From an uncultured virus (IMG/VR IMGVR_UViG_3300045240_000158) (taxonomy: Duplodnaviria; Heunggongvirae; Uroviricota; Caudoviricetes), in IMG/VR virus record IMGVR_UViG_3300045240_000158: a stretch of 64,000 nucleotides of DNA. One strand, written 5' to 3'. Shown here piece after piece: positions 52,098 to 62,820 of the stretch (position 1 is the first letter of the stretch; every line of letters starts with the position of its first letter). Position numbers and translations under genes: made by a program. The notes beneath the pieces were generated by a model. It was not told the origin of the DNA, ran no database searches, and saw only the letters and a program-made list of their open reading frames with translations.

Positions 52098-54210
52098 ATG
52101 CCAGAGGCTCAACGGACACTCTATAAACCGATCTACGAAGCAATCCGCGCGAAGCTCGTCGCTGAGACCGAGCTGCGCCCTGAGCGCTCTCTCGAAGAGT
52201 GGATCCTCGCTGAGCGCAAATGCGTGATGCGCGAGGTCAACCGGCAGCGCGGGCTACTCGCCTACGATCCCGTCGACCTCGCGGCCGTCGAGCGTGCCGA
52301 GCGCACGGCCGTCGGGCACAGCGACTACATCTCGAAGTACGCCCACGCAGCGGCGGACCTGGTGTTTCGCAAGGATCCCTAGTCACGTGTGCACTCGTTC
52401 TGCTATCACTTTCCGTGATGGACGCCGACCCGCCCGACATCGAGGTCCCGACAAGCGGGCCACCGCTCGAACCTCACGACGTTGCGAGCTGGGCTGCGTT
52501 CCTGCCGACCGTGCACGTGGACGGCGCGCTGCCCGTCACGTTCCGACCGGACGGAGATCACGTCGTAGTTGAAGTGATCGTTCCCTACGTGCCGCCCGGC
52601 CTACGGCCCTCCGCAGATCCAGCCGTGCCCATCGAAGGCAAACGCAAGATCCCGATCGCGATCGCCGCAGGCTTCCCTGTGCCGCTCACGGCGCGCTATC
52701 GCCTGCCGCGCTACGCGCCCGACAACGCCGCACACTTCCTTCGACAGATCGTGTGCATGATCTACCAACACGAGATCGACGAGCAGCTACGCGTCGGCGA
52801 CACCCGGCCCTTCGCCCCCGAGCACGTGTCATGACGAAGAAGACGTCGCGTTCCAAGTTGCGTGGCGCCCTCGCCTTCAAGGCGTGCAAGGACGGCTCGC
52901 TCATCATCCATGCCGAGTGGCCAGATGGGCGAGGCGAACACTGGTGGGACAGCGAGGCGCTGTCCGCCTACGGCAACGCGTTCGCGAAGAAGCCGAGGGT
53001 CCGATGAGAAGCCTCCCCCAATGTGCCGTGCGGACCTGTACCCACGAAGCGGATCCGCGCTGGTTCGCTCGTGATGTGAACGGTCGAGCCGTCATGATCT
53101 GTGACGGCCACGATCCAACTCCACCGGCCAGCGAGGTCACGCCCGCTTTGCCCGATCCTAGCGTGCACGACCTGGCAGAGCGCATCGTTCACCACGGCTA
53201 CAGTGCGACGGCAGCAGAGGTCGAGCGTATCGCCCACGCACTGATCGTCGAAGCGACCAACGCAAAGGAGCGCGATGCGGAGCTGGACGCGCTGCGCGAT
53301 CTTGCTTTCGCGATCCACGCCGACATCGAGCTGTCGCCCGAGCAACTGGAGGTCAAGCAGCGCTTGATCGCCGATCGCTACGCAAAGCAGGCGGCTAAGG
53401 CCGAGGACGCGATCGCCGAGGCGTGGGAGTCGGCTACACGTGACGGTGTGCAGATCGTCCGATGTCGCCGATGCCGCTTCGAGGCGTTCCCCTTCGCCGA
53501 CGCGACGATCGAGAGCCACATGCAGACATGCACACCGGAGACACGATGACCACCAAGACGGCGTACGCCAAACGCCTGACGCCCGAGGAGCTGGCCGCCG
53601 AGCTGGAAGGACTAGATCCCGAGGAGCGTGAGTACCGCCGCGTCGAGATCGCCACGAGCCCGCTGTTCGACATGTGGCTGCGCTTCCTGGACGTGGTCGG
53701 CGATCGCGCGATCGATCGGCTCGACATTACGGACGAGGACGCCGAGGCCGCGGCCAAGCAGATGGAGGGCCATGAACCCATGGGGAACGCCTTCGCGTAC
53801 GTCCTGCGCCAGATCCCGCACCGACGCCTCCTCCGCGAGCTCGCGCACAAGGCGCGTGCTGTCTGGGCGAATGGCGCGCCCGAGATGATGACGATCCCGG
53901 AGATCCACGAACGCTACGCGAAGCTGCCCAAGGGCGACGCGTGAACGATCGCATGCAGCGCTACGTCTGCGCGCACTGCGAAGCGCGGCCACCTCGCGGC
54001 GACTACATGGTGAACGACGCGGTGTGGGCGAACGCAGGTATGTCGCGGCGCGGTTTCCTTTGCCTGAGCTGCCTTGAGACACGGCTCGTCGCCGCAGGTC
54101 ATGGGCCACTCACGCTCGCAGATTTCACCGCGGTACCCAGCAACGCTGCTCTGCGGTTCGGTTACAAGCTGGCGCAACGCAAGGCTACTCAGAAAGGATC
54201 GCGGCCGTGA
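52098..54210 (+). other. Small hypothetical CDS (52098-52382, 52418-52834, 52831-53007, 53004-53549, 53546-53944, 53941-54210)
   Basis: Overlapping start/stop chain. Confidence 0.6.
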
Positions 54211-54563
54211 TGGATACCGACGAAGAGACGCTTCAGATCAGAACGGAAGTCCGCGTGCCAGTAGGCAGCCGCGTGCTTTGCACTCGGCGTCCGCAGCGCC
54301 CGCCCTTTCTGTGGCAGCGCTTCGAGATCAAGGACCCGGAGCTGTGGCTGATCTTCAACGTGACGATCGGCGTCAACTCGCTGTTCGAGCAGAACCCGGG
54401 TCGAGGCAAGGGCGTCTTGGCTTGGAGGCTCAACGAGAAGGGGCTGCTCTGCAAAGATGTCTGTCGCGCCGCGCAGGACTTCACGATCGAGGCCATGTAC
54501 ATCGGCCCAGACCCCGAGGGCGCGGAGTTCGAGTGTGATGTCATCGGACGCGTGCCTCGATGA
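54207..54563 (+). CDS. Single-domain homolog of the repeat in 4233-5306
   Basis: RPQRPPFLWQRFEI..WLIFNVTIG..FTIEAMYIGPDPEGAEFECDVIG. Confidence 0.7.
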   Translation: MMDTDEETLQIRTEVRVPVGSRVLCTRRPQRPPFLWQRFEIKDPELWLIFNVTIGVNSLFEQNPGRGKGVLAWRLNEKGLLCKDVCRAAQDFTIEAMYIGPDPEGAEFECDVIGRVPR

Positions 54564-54753
54564 CGACCTGCCAGCACTTCGTCAGCGGCTCGCAAGCGAC
54601 AGGTATCGACAAGGGCGCGTGCAGCAAGCGCGCAACACAACGCGTACGCGGCTTCGCGATGTACGACCTTGTCGATCCGGCAGTGTGCGGTCGACACGCC
54701 CTATTCTGGAAAAATCGCGGATTCACCGTGATCCCGCTGGAGCCCCAACGCTC

Positions 54754-55050
54754 ATGAGTCATCGCTTTCTGTCCCTCTCCACGATCGCGCGCTACGAGGC
54801 TCTCGCGCGCAAGCGCTCGGTCTCCGTCGTCGCGCGCGGACCCGACGGATTTTTGCCGGCGTACAAGCGTGCGGGGGCTGCATCGGCGCTCCCTGACTAT
54901 TGGCGCCGGAGACGTGAAGCTTTCATCGCGCGTCACATGGCGCAGGTCGAGGGTCGTAATGAGCCCTTGTGGGATCTCGACGGCCGTCCCTCGCGACGTC
55001 ATCTGGCGTTGATCATGTGGGCCTATTCACCGATGGCAGGGCGTCTGTGA
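54754..55050 (+). CDS. Hypothetical protein
   Basis: ATGA overlap; ends RRHLALIMWAYSP. Confidence 0.7.
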   Translation: MSHRFLSLSTIARYEALARKRSVSVVARGPDGFLPAYKRAGAASALPDYWRRRREAFIARHMAQVEGRNEPLWDLDGRPSRRHLALIMWAYSPMAGRL

Positions 55051-55066
55051 GGCGTATGGAGGTGGC

Positions 55067-55768
55067 GTGCGTATAATTTTTCTCGACATCGACGGGGTGC
55101 TCAACCACTGCGACACGCGTAGCTCAGCGCCGCCTACGCCAGCAGAGCTGCTGCCCATTCCAGTCGCGCCGGAGTGCATGGAGCGCCTGAACCGGCTGAT
55201 CGCGGAGACAGGCGCGAAGATCGTCATCTCGTCGAGCTGGCGGCTGTTCGCGCGATGGCAGGACCTGGGGCCCGCGCTCAATCGCCACGGCCTGGTTGGC
55301 GACGTGATCGGTGAGACGCCCGATCTCGTGAACAACGAGGTCTGGCTCGAAAACTGGCGCGTGCGCGAGGGAGCCCCGTTCACGTTCGAGAAGCTCGAGC
55401 GCGGCTGGGAGATCGGCGAGTGGCTGGCCGCGCACCCCGAGGTGACGGCATTCGTCATCCTCGACGACTGCTCCGACATGGACGCGCTGATACCGTGGCT
55501 CGTGCTCACGCATCCAAACGACGGGCTCGATGATCCCGATGTCGAGCGCGCGAAGTGGCTGCTTGAGCGATCTGCGGATGGCCTCGCGACAGCTCGGGCA
55601 CGCGCCCTTGGAACAGGGCATGCGTGCGCTGACTGCGGCTGTTCGAGCAAGACCTGGTCGGTTCCCGACTGGGAGAATGGCGGTTTCGCCTGGATCTGTG
55701 TCGATGAAGGGGCCTGTGCCGCGCGTCGCGCTCATCGAGAGCGGAATCCTGGAACAGATGCTGTATAG
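55067..55768 (+). CDS. HAD-superfamily phosphatase (Swiss-army-knife RNA-repair type)
   Basis: FLDIDGVLN, IVISSSWR, RGWEI, FVILDD. Confidence 0.85.
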   Translation: MRIIFLDIDGVLNHCDTRSSAPPTPAELLPIPVAPECMERLNRLIAETGAKIVISSSWRLFARWQDLGPALNRHGLVGDVIGETPDLVNNEVWLENWRVREGAPFTFEKLERGWEIGEWLAAHPEVTAFVILDDCSDMDALIPWLVLTHPNDGLDDPDVERAKWLLERSADGLATARARALGTGHACADCGCSSKTWSVPDWENGGFAWICVDEGACAARRAHRERNPGTDAV

Positions 55769-55945
55769 TGAACCCAGCTCGCGCTCCGCGCTTCGGCTTT
55801 GGGAGATCGAGACATCGAGGGCAGCCGCGCCGCAAGGTTTTGGGCTTCTCCTCATCGGACGAAGTAACCCGTCGAGGACTCCAGGGATGGACGTCCGAAC
55901 CTCCGCGTTCTCGACGTTGACCCCCAACGGTACGGAGAACCCACA

Positions 55946-57460
55946 GTGAAGATCCAAACTCGTTTCACGCACGACAAGGTGCGCTTCGACAAGACCAACG
56001 ACGTCCACCTCGTGGTGAGCCTCAAGGCTCCCAAGATCGACTGGGAGACCAAGCGTCCCCCGGTCTGCATCATCCCCATCATCGACATTTCGAGCTCGAT
56101 GATGGGGGAGAAGCTCGACTACGCGAAGAAGACCCTGCTCAAGCTCGTCGATCACCTCAGGCCCGGCGACTACTGCGGGCTCGGGGCGTTCGCGACCGAG
56201 ATCCACGAGATCCAGGCCCCCGTCGAGATGACGCAGGCGTCGAAGGACGCGCTGAAGAATCGCATCGGTGACCTCCACACCACGAGCAGCACGAACTTCT
56301 CGGGCGGCCTCGAGCTGGGCCTCAAGTGGGGTGCCAAGGTCGACGTCGGCAAGGACATGCTCGTCCGCGTCATCATGCTGACCGACGGCTGCGCGAACCA
56401 CGGGGTCGTCAGCTCCGAGGGTCTCGCGAAAATCATCGATACCCGCGGCAAGACCACGGTGTCCTGCTTCGGCTACGGCACCGACGCGAACCAGGAGCTG
56501 CTCGCGGACCTCGCGAAGCGTGGTGGAGGCAACTACGCCTTCATCAAGCACCCGGACGAGGCGCTCTCGGCCTTCGGGAAGGAGCTGGGTGGCCTGCTCT
56601 CGACGTACGCACAGGGGATCGTGCTCGATCTCGCGCCGCACAACGGCCACAAGATCGAGGAGATCATCAGCGACGTCGACGTCGAGGAGAAGGACAACAA
56701 GGTCCTCATCAAGCTCGGAGACATCCTCTCCGAGGAAGAGCGCCACGTCGTCGTCGCGCTGAAGCTCGCGGAGCAGACCCAGGCGCTGCCGCGCGAGATG
56801 AACATCGTGGACGTGAAGATCGACTTCGATCTGCTCGTCGACGGCAAGCGCGAGCACCGGCAGGTGGAGCAGAAGGGCAAGCTCCGGTTCGTGAAGGAAG
56901 GTGATGAGCAGGACAAGCCCACGCAGGAGGTCGACCAGATCGTCGGTCTCGCTCAGGTCGGCCAGGCGCAGGTCGAGGCCGAGGAGCTGGCCAAGAAAGG
57001 CGACTTCCGCGGCGCGGTCGGGCGTATGAACGCGATGGCGACCGCGCTCAACAGCCGCGGTCACGACAAGCTCGAAGCCTTCGCCAAGGGCATCCAGTCA
57101 CGCGTCGTGAGCGCGGGGAGCTACGCATCGAGCCAGGGCTACCTCAGCAGCTCGAGGGGCTACGCAGCACGTGGCATGAGCGTGTCGAAGATGGACAGCG
57201 CCCTGGAGCATGAGATCGTGTCGTCAGGGCTGGGCGCAGAGTTCGCGATGGCGAACACCGCGCAGTCCAGCACGGCGAACAGCTTCTCGGCTGGCGTCGA
57301 TGACCAGAAGGGCAGCAACGATCTCGCGTCGATCGCCGGCTCGCTGGTGATCCCCGGGACCCTGCCTCCTCCTGCCGCGGCCTCGGCCGGCGCCGCGAAA
57401 GCCGAGAAGAAGGAGAAGCCGAAGAAGGGCGTCTCGAAGTCCAAGTCGAGCCGCTGGTAA
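55946..57460 (+). CDS. vWA domain protein
   Basis: MIDAS DISSSM, TNFSGGL, MLTDG, FGYG..LLADLAKRGGGNY. Confidence 0.9.
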   Translation: MKIQTRFTHDKVRFDKTNDVHLVVSLKAPKIDWETKRPPVCIIPIIDISSSMMGEKLDYAKKTLLKLVDHLRPGDYCGLGAFATEIHEIQAPVEMTQASKDALKNRIGDLHTTSSTNFSGGLELGLKWGAKVDVGKDMLVRVIMLTDGCANHGVVSSEGLAKIIDTRGKTTVSCFGYGTDANQELLADLAKRGGGNYAFIKHPDEALSAFGKELGGLLSTYAQGIVLDLAPHNGHKIEEIISDVDVEEKDNKVLIKLGDILSEEERHVVVALKLAEQTQALPREMNIVDVKIDFDLLVDGKREHRQVEQKGKLRFVKEGDEQDKPTQEVDQIVGLAQVGQAQVEAEELAKKGDFRGAVGRMNAMATALNSRGHDKLEAFAKGIQSRVVSAGSYASSQGYLSSSRGYAARGMSVSKMDSALEHEIVSSGLGAEFAMANTAQSSTANSFSAGVDDQKGSNDLASIAGSLVIPGTLPPPAAASAGAAKAEKKEKPKKGVSKSKSSRW

Positions 57461-57468
57461 CCAGCGCG

Positions 57469-58215
57469 TCAGGTATCCACGCCACGCGCACGCAGCTTCG
57501 CGAGGAGCTTGTCCGCAACTGCTGTCGGGATAGAACCCCCTCGCTCGTGCCGCACGGCGAAGGCGATGTCTTCGAGGCGCTCGTAGCCTTTCAGCGGCCT
57601 CCGCCCAGCGAGCACGTCTTGCGCGTAGCGAACCAGCTCGCTGCCAACGCGCAGCGCTGACGACGCGTCCACCAGTACGGGTCCGCGCCCACGCGCCATC
57701 ACATAGCTGTCCTCTTTGAATTCCGGCGAGAGCCAACCGTACGTCGACATCCCTTTGCGAATGTCTTTGTGGAGGCCGAACAGCTTGGAGGTTTGTGCCG
57801 GGGTGCCGCTCGGTCCGCGCACGCATTCGCGGATGAGGACATCGTGCTGCTTGTTGTAGCGCGTCCCGCGCGCCACGTGATCACGCACACCGGGCACCTG
57901 TGCGGCCTTCGTGAGCCACTCGGCCTCCTCGGCGACGGAGTCTTCGCGCCCGCGGCGGGCCACCTTGTAGGCGGTTTGGCGCTGGTCGCAGAACACGATG
58001 CCGCTCGCGCCTGCGCCTTGGTACTCCAGATCCCCGATAGCGCCCGCAGCTGCCGCGCGCTTCGCGGCCTCATCGAGCTCGTCGCCGAGCGCGTTCAGCG
58101 CGCGGGCAGAGATCTCGCCCCGGTTCGAGATCGTGGGCGTGTCCGACGGCTCCTTGGAGGCAAGAGCTTCTGCGATCTCACGATCGAGCTGGGCAGCCGT
58201 CTTCCTCTTGGCCAT
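57469..58215 (-). CDS. Atypical protein-kinase-like protein with N-terminal tag
   Basis: MAKRKTAAQLDREIAEAL; GAGASG, AYKV, EEAEWL, EFKEDS, VLVDAS. Confidence 0.65.
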   Translation of the reverse strand: MAKRKTAAQLDREIAEALASKEPSDTPTISNRGEISARALNALGDELDEAAKRAAAAGAIGDLEYQGAGASGIVFCDQRQTAYKVARRGREDSVAEEAEWLTKAAQVPGVRDHVARGTRYNKQHDVLIRECVRGPSGTPAQTSKLFGLHKDIRKGMSTYGWLSPEFKEDSYVMARGRGPVLVDASSALRVGSELVRYAQDVLAGRRPLKGYERLEDIAFAVRHERGGSIPTAVADKLLAKLRARGVDT

Positions 58216-58716
58216 ACCCTATTCTACCGTTAGTCTCTGGGTGACCGCAGGGTACTGAAATGAGCACAGCCTCGAAGGAACCGGAGCCGACCTACACACG
58301 CAGCTGCGAGGGCTACGTCTACTTCGCTGACCAGGGTATCGAGGTCTGCGAGACGTGCGGCGGCTGCACGTGCTGCGATTACGACGACGTCGATCACCGC
58401 AAGGCTCGCTACCGGTGCCTGCTCGATCGCGAGGGCAAGAAATGTTTGCTCGGAAAGAGCAGCAAGCTCAACCACGACTGCGAGAGGGACCAGCAGCCGC
58501 GGCCTGTCGCTGAGGACGCGAAGCCGTGAATGGTTGGCGCGTGTGGCTCGCATTTGAAGTGAAGCCAGGCGTCACGATCACTTCAACGCAGGACAAATCT
58601 GATCACTGGCGGGGGCTCGCGGAAGCGTGCAGAGGGGTAGACGGCTTGATCGACGCGCGCGATTTCGATCGTTGGCTGACGTGCCTCATCGAGCACGCCC
58701 ACTTGTGGGGCGAGGC

Positions 58717-59130
58717 GTGATCGCTCCCAGCAGGGTGATCGTCGAGCGTCTCTGGGAGCTGTATCCGTGGCCCGAGCGGAACCTCCCCATGCGCTCGATG
58801 ACCGTCGAGAAGCTCATGACGTACCCCTCGCAGCCCGTGTACGTGAGCGACGAGGCTCGGACCCGGAAGCAACCGACGCGCGCATGGGACTACGGTCGGA
58901 TCCGCTTTTTTTACGAGCAGCTCGGCGCGGGTGTGACGCTCGATGCGATCGAGGTCGACAACGAGTGCGACTGGGGGCGGATCTATCCGATACCCGTCCT
59001 GCTCGACGGACACCATCGGCTAGCGGCGTCGCGCCTCGCGCCCGCCCGGATCATACGCGTCAGCTACGGCGGGCGCCTCGATCTCTTGCGGTACCTCACC
59101 GGCGCGCGGAAGACGTGCCCGGCGGGGTAG
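58717..59130 (+). CDS. ParB N-terminal-like domain protein
   Basis: VLLDGHHRLAA. Confidence 0.65.
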   Translation: MIAPSRVIVERLWELYPWPERNLPMRSMTVEKLMTYPSQPVYVSDEARTRKQPTRAWDYGRIRFFYEQLGAGVTLDAIEVDNECDWGRIYPIPVLLDGHHRLAASRLAPARIIRVSYGGRLDLLRYLTGARKTCPAG

Positions 59131-59956
59131 GCGTCGACTTCACCTACCCTCAGCGACGACGATGAGGAAGTTGATCGCAGCGCGCTGCGCGGACGTGATG
59201 CCGTCTCGTCGAGCGTAGTGCCGCGCGATCCCAACGAGAGTCAGCCACTCGACGCTGGCAGCTTCGTCGGTGTTTGGCGCGTTGATGACGATCGATGGCG
59301 TGGGGCCTTCGTCGCTGTAGAGCGTAACTTTGATCGATGCGGTCACTTGTCATACCCCTTGATCCCGAGAAGCTTCGCGGTGCCCGCCGGGCACCAGACC
59401 TCGACCTTGACGAACGTTCCGTGGAACATGACGACCTCGCCACGCGTTTCCGCCGCCTTCCAGTCGACGATCAGCCTGAGCGCGAGGTCCTTGAGCGCCG
59501 AGTGGATCTTGCGCTCGGCCTCGACGATCTCGCTGACGCGAGGCGATGCCGGGGTGAGGAAGGCGATCAGCTCGCGGTCCCACCAGATCTTGGGGCTCGG
59601 GTCCGTGAACCGTCCCGATGGCGGTCGGCCATCGAGGCGCTCGATGCGGACGCGGATGCCCTCATGCCCGGCGAGGTCGACGTACTTGTCCTTTGCCACG
59701 ACTACGCCTCCTCCGACCACGCGATGATCTCGCGGCGTGCGGCGCGGCGCGCGGCCTTCTTGGGCGCCCGCCGCGAGGCATCGCGATCGAAGCGCGCGCC
59801 ACGCGAGGCGTGCTTCGACTGAACCGCCCAGCGCGTGGGGCCGGGGCAGCAGTCCACCGGAGCTCTCATCTTGTGCCCGTACGCCTTCATGCTTCTACCG
59901 TAGATACAGGGAGCGTGCCGCTTCGGAAGTAGTGTAAGTGCACTCGGAGCGATAGT

Positions 59957-60161
59957 GGGTAGATTGCTACCCGTCTCTGGAGGTTCCCACAGCTCGAGGT
60001 CAGGGGCTCGAGGCGTCGACGGGTTCCGGCGCAGGTTCCCAGTGCGTGACGCCAGAAGACACCTCCTGCTGGGTAGCTGGAGACCCGGTATCTGCCACGC
60101 CACTCGGGCTTGTCGTCGAGGCCTGCCACGTGAAGCTCGAGACACGGGTGCCCGATTACCC
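59957..60161. promoter_or_regulatory. Three GGGTA-N6-TACCC boxes in a divergent intergenic region
   Basis: GGGTA-GATTGC-TACCC (59957), GGGTA-GCTGGA-GACCC (60071), GGGTG-CCCGAT-TACCC (60146). Confidence 0.65.
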
Positions 60162-60229
60162 AGGCTCAGCGATCAAGATCTTGCGAGCCAGCCGGCTCGG
60201 GCACGCTGCCCGCAATACCCGGGTTCATC

Positions 60230-60496
60230 ATGCAGTCTCTCGCACTGACCGCCGACCAGGCGGCCCTCCTCGAAGCGACCGCGACCGCACCCGCCGCCCC
60301 GTCGCTCACCGACGACGACGCGCTGATGTCGATGCCGCTCGCCGAGGCCAAGCACCTCGTCGCGGCCAAGTTCGAGCGCCGCTACCTCGTTCGCGTCATG
60401 GATCGGGCGGGTGGATCGGTCTCCGAGGGCGCGCGCGTGGCGGGTATCGATCGCACCAACTTCCGCCGCCTGCTCCAGCGGCACGGGCTCCGCTAG
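60230..60496 (+). CDS. Stand-alone Fis-type (NtrC C-terminal) HTH protein
   Basis: LAEAK..FERRYLVRVMDRAGGSVSEGARVAGIDRTNFRRLLQRHGL. Confidence 0.85.
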   Translation: MQSLALTADQAALLEATATAPAAPSLTDDDALMSMPLAEAKHLVAAKFERRYLVRVMDRAGGSVSEGARVAGIDRTNFRRLLQRHGLR

Positions 60497-60498
60497 CC

Positions 60499-62820
60499 GT
60501 GAGTTACGCCGACAAGAAGCAGCTCGTCGCGAGCATCGAGCACTGGGAGCGCCTGGCAACCGAAGCGGAGGAGCAGGCCAAGTGGAACCGCGACCATGGG
60601 CGCGATCTCTCCAATCCCGGGGGCTCCGCTGGCGATTATCAGGCCCAGACCTTTCGCCGCACGGCGGAGGCGCTCCGCCGCGAGCTTGCAACCGGGCGGC
60701 CTCACTGCTCGACCTGCCTCGGCGATCACCCCAACCACCAGCACCCGCATCGCGGGTGATCTCGGAGAACCGCGATGAAGATCAACGTCACCATACAGCA
60801 CGGCACGTGCGTCGTGCGCCTCGACGCACTCACGATGGAGAATCACGAGCGCGAGGTCTGGATCGTGTTCGCGACGTGCGTCATCGCGGCCGATCATGTC
60901 ATCCCGTCGAGCGAGACCTTCGGAGCGTTTCCACACGAACCCGCGCTCTTGTTTCCGCCGGCCTACGCTGACGCGTTCGTGGCCGAGTTTCGCTCGCTGA
61001 CCCATGACTGGACGATGCCGGTACAGATCACGGAGACACCATGAAAGACACCAAGAAAGACACGCTCGGACTGTCCGCCACCGACAAGACGCCCAAGCCC
61101 AGCGGCTGGGGCTTCGACTTCCCGCACACCGATCCGCAGCGCCGCGTTCCATGCGTTCTCGGCGACATGCTCTGCCCGCGCAGCGCGGACGACATCCCGC
61201 CGATCACGCCCAAGGCGATGGCCTCGGTGCAGGCCGCGATCGCGCTGCTCGCAAACCTCGTTGCTGATCGCGACCACAACCTGTTCCTTGCCTACGGTGA
61301 TCGTCAGGCAGAGATGGTCGGCAAGGCACGCGACATCTTGCTCGTCGCCAAGGGGCTCGCGGGGATCCTCCGCGTCGTCTCGCAGAAGGAGTCGCCGTGA
61401 TTCGGGCTATCGCGATCATCGAGGTCGGCGCCTTCCGCATCTTGACGTGCCCGGCCAACCCCGAGATGGAAGGCATCTTGTTCGCCACGCCTCGCGCGGC
61501 TGGACGCTTGCGCCTCGGTCAGTACACCGTCGTGAAGTTCTGCCCGAACGACCAGTTCGCCTACGAGTGCCAGGAGGCCCTCCAGCCATGAACCGCTACA
61601 CCCCCATCGTCGACGACGTCGACGAGACCGCTGTCACCGGGAGCTTCGCGCGCCTCGATCCCGACGCCACCTCGTCCTACGACATCCACGACATCGATAC
61701 TGCGCCGATTCGGCACATCGGCCGCTCGCAGAACGACATCGACACCGCGCCGATTCGGCACATCGGCCGCTCGCAGAACGTCGCGGTTCGTCGCCGCCAG
61801 ATCCGCGATACCCGCGAGAACCTCCTGCGTCTCCGCGAGGCGCTCGCGGCGGGCTGGGACATCAGCCACGAGCTGGCGCACGAGGAGCGCTGCCTCGCGG
61901 AGCTGGAGGCCATCTGATGAAGACGCTCGATCCGACGTGGTGGCGTCGGCACAGTAGCGGCGAGTTCTACGAGCAGCAGAACGATGCTGCACGGCTCGTG
62001 AAGCGTCGTACGGGCCGTCGCGTGACGGCGTGGATTCTCTACATCAGCGGCGAGTACCGCGGCGAATGGTCGACGCTTGCCGAGGCCAAGGAGCAAGCGA
62101 AGGAGATCACGAGCCGCGTTGCACACGGTCTGCACCCCGAGCCCGGACCCCACTGTGTGCGGTGCAGCAAGCGCCTCACGCCGGCCGAGGTAGCGTCGCA
62201 GCTTCCCGACCACGACGAGTTCTGTGACGGCTGCCTAGAGAAGTCATGAGCGAAAGAGATCACGGTATGACCAAGCACTGGATCATCAAGAACCACCACG
62301 ACGAGTTCCTGATCGGCTTCTTCGCGAACGGCAGGGCGCGCTGGCGTACGTCAGACGAGCCGATCGTGGGTTCGGAGGCCCTCGTCTACTCGACCGAGGA
62401 CCTCACCCGCGTCGCTATCCCGGCGCTGGCGAATGCCGGCGTCGATGTCTTCACCGTCGAGCGTTACAGCTAGCCGAAGCCCTCATGACCAACATCAAAC
62501 GCCATGTCATCCCTGATCCGTACCCCGAGACGGTCGGGGCCACTGCCCTGACGATCTATATCCCCGAGGACTTCCGCGGCGATGCCGAGGTCATCTGGTG
62601 GCGGCCCGGCAAGAGCGCCGACAAGGACAAGCAGCGCATCACGTGTAGCGCATCCGCGTTGCTCCAGGGCGTGTTTCGCGACCTCCGCGGCTCTCATCCG
62701 GGCGAGCTGTTCTACCCACGCATCGTCGCGCTCGTGCTCCACACGTTCTATCGCGCGCGGATCGAGGCGGCGGCACGTCCGGACGAATGGCAGCCCTACT
62801 CGCTGGAGCCCCTGAAGTGA
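60499..62820 (+). other. Small hypothetical CDS (60499-60759, 60775-61044, 61041-61400, 61397-61591, 61588-61917, 61917-62249, 62246-62473, 62485-62820)
   Basis: Overlapping start/stop chain. Confidence 0.6.
61690..61779 (+). repeat. In-frame 45-bp tandem duplication
   Basis: DIDTAPIRHIGRSQN twice, two synonymous differences. Confidence 0.9.

Noticed and set aside
55124..57064. 646-aa minus-strand ORF and many similar Arg/Ala-rich track ORFs
   Set aside because: Antisense to clear HAD and vWA genes; long shadow ORFs are expected at this GC content
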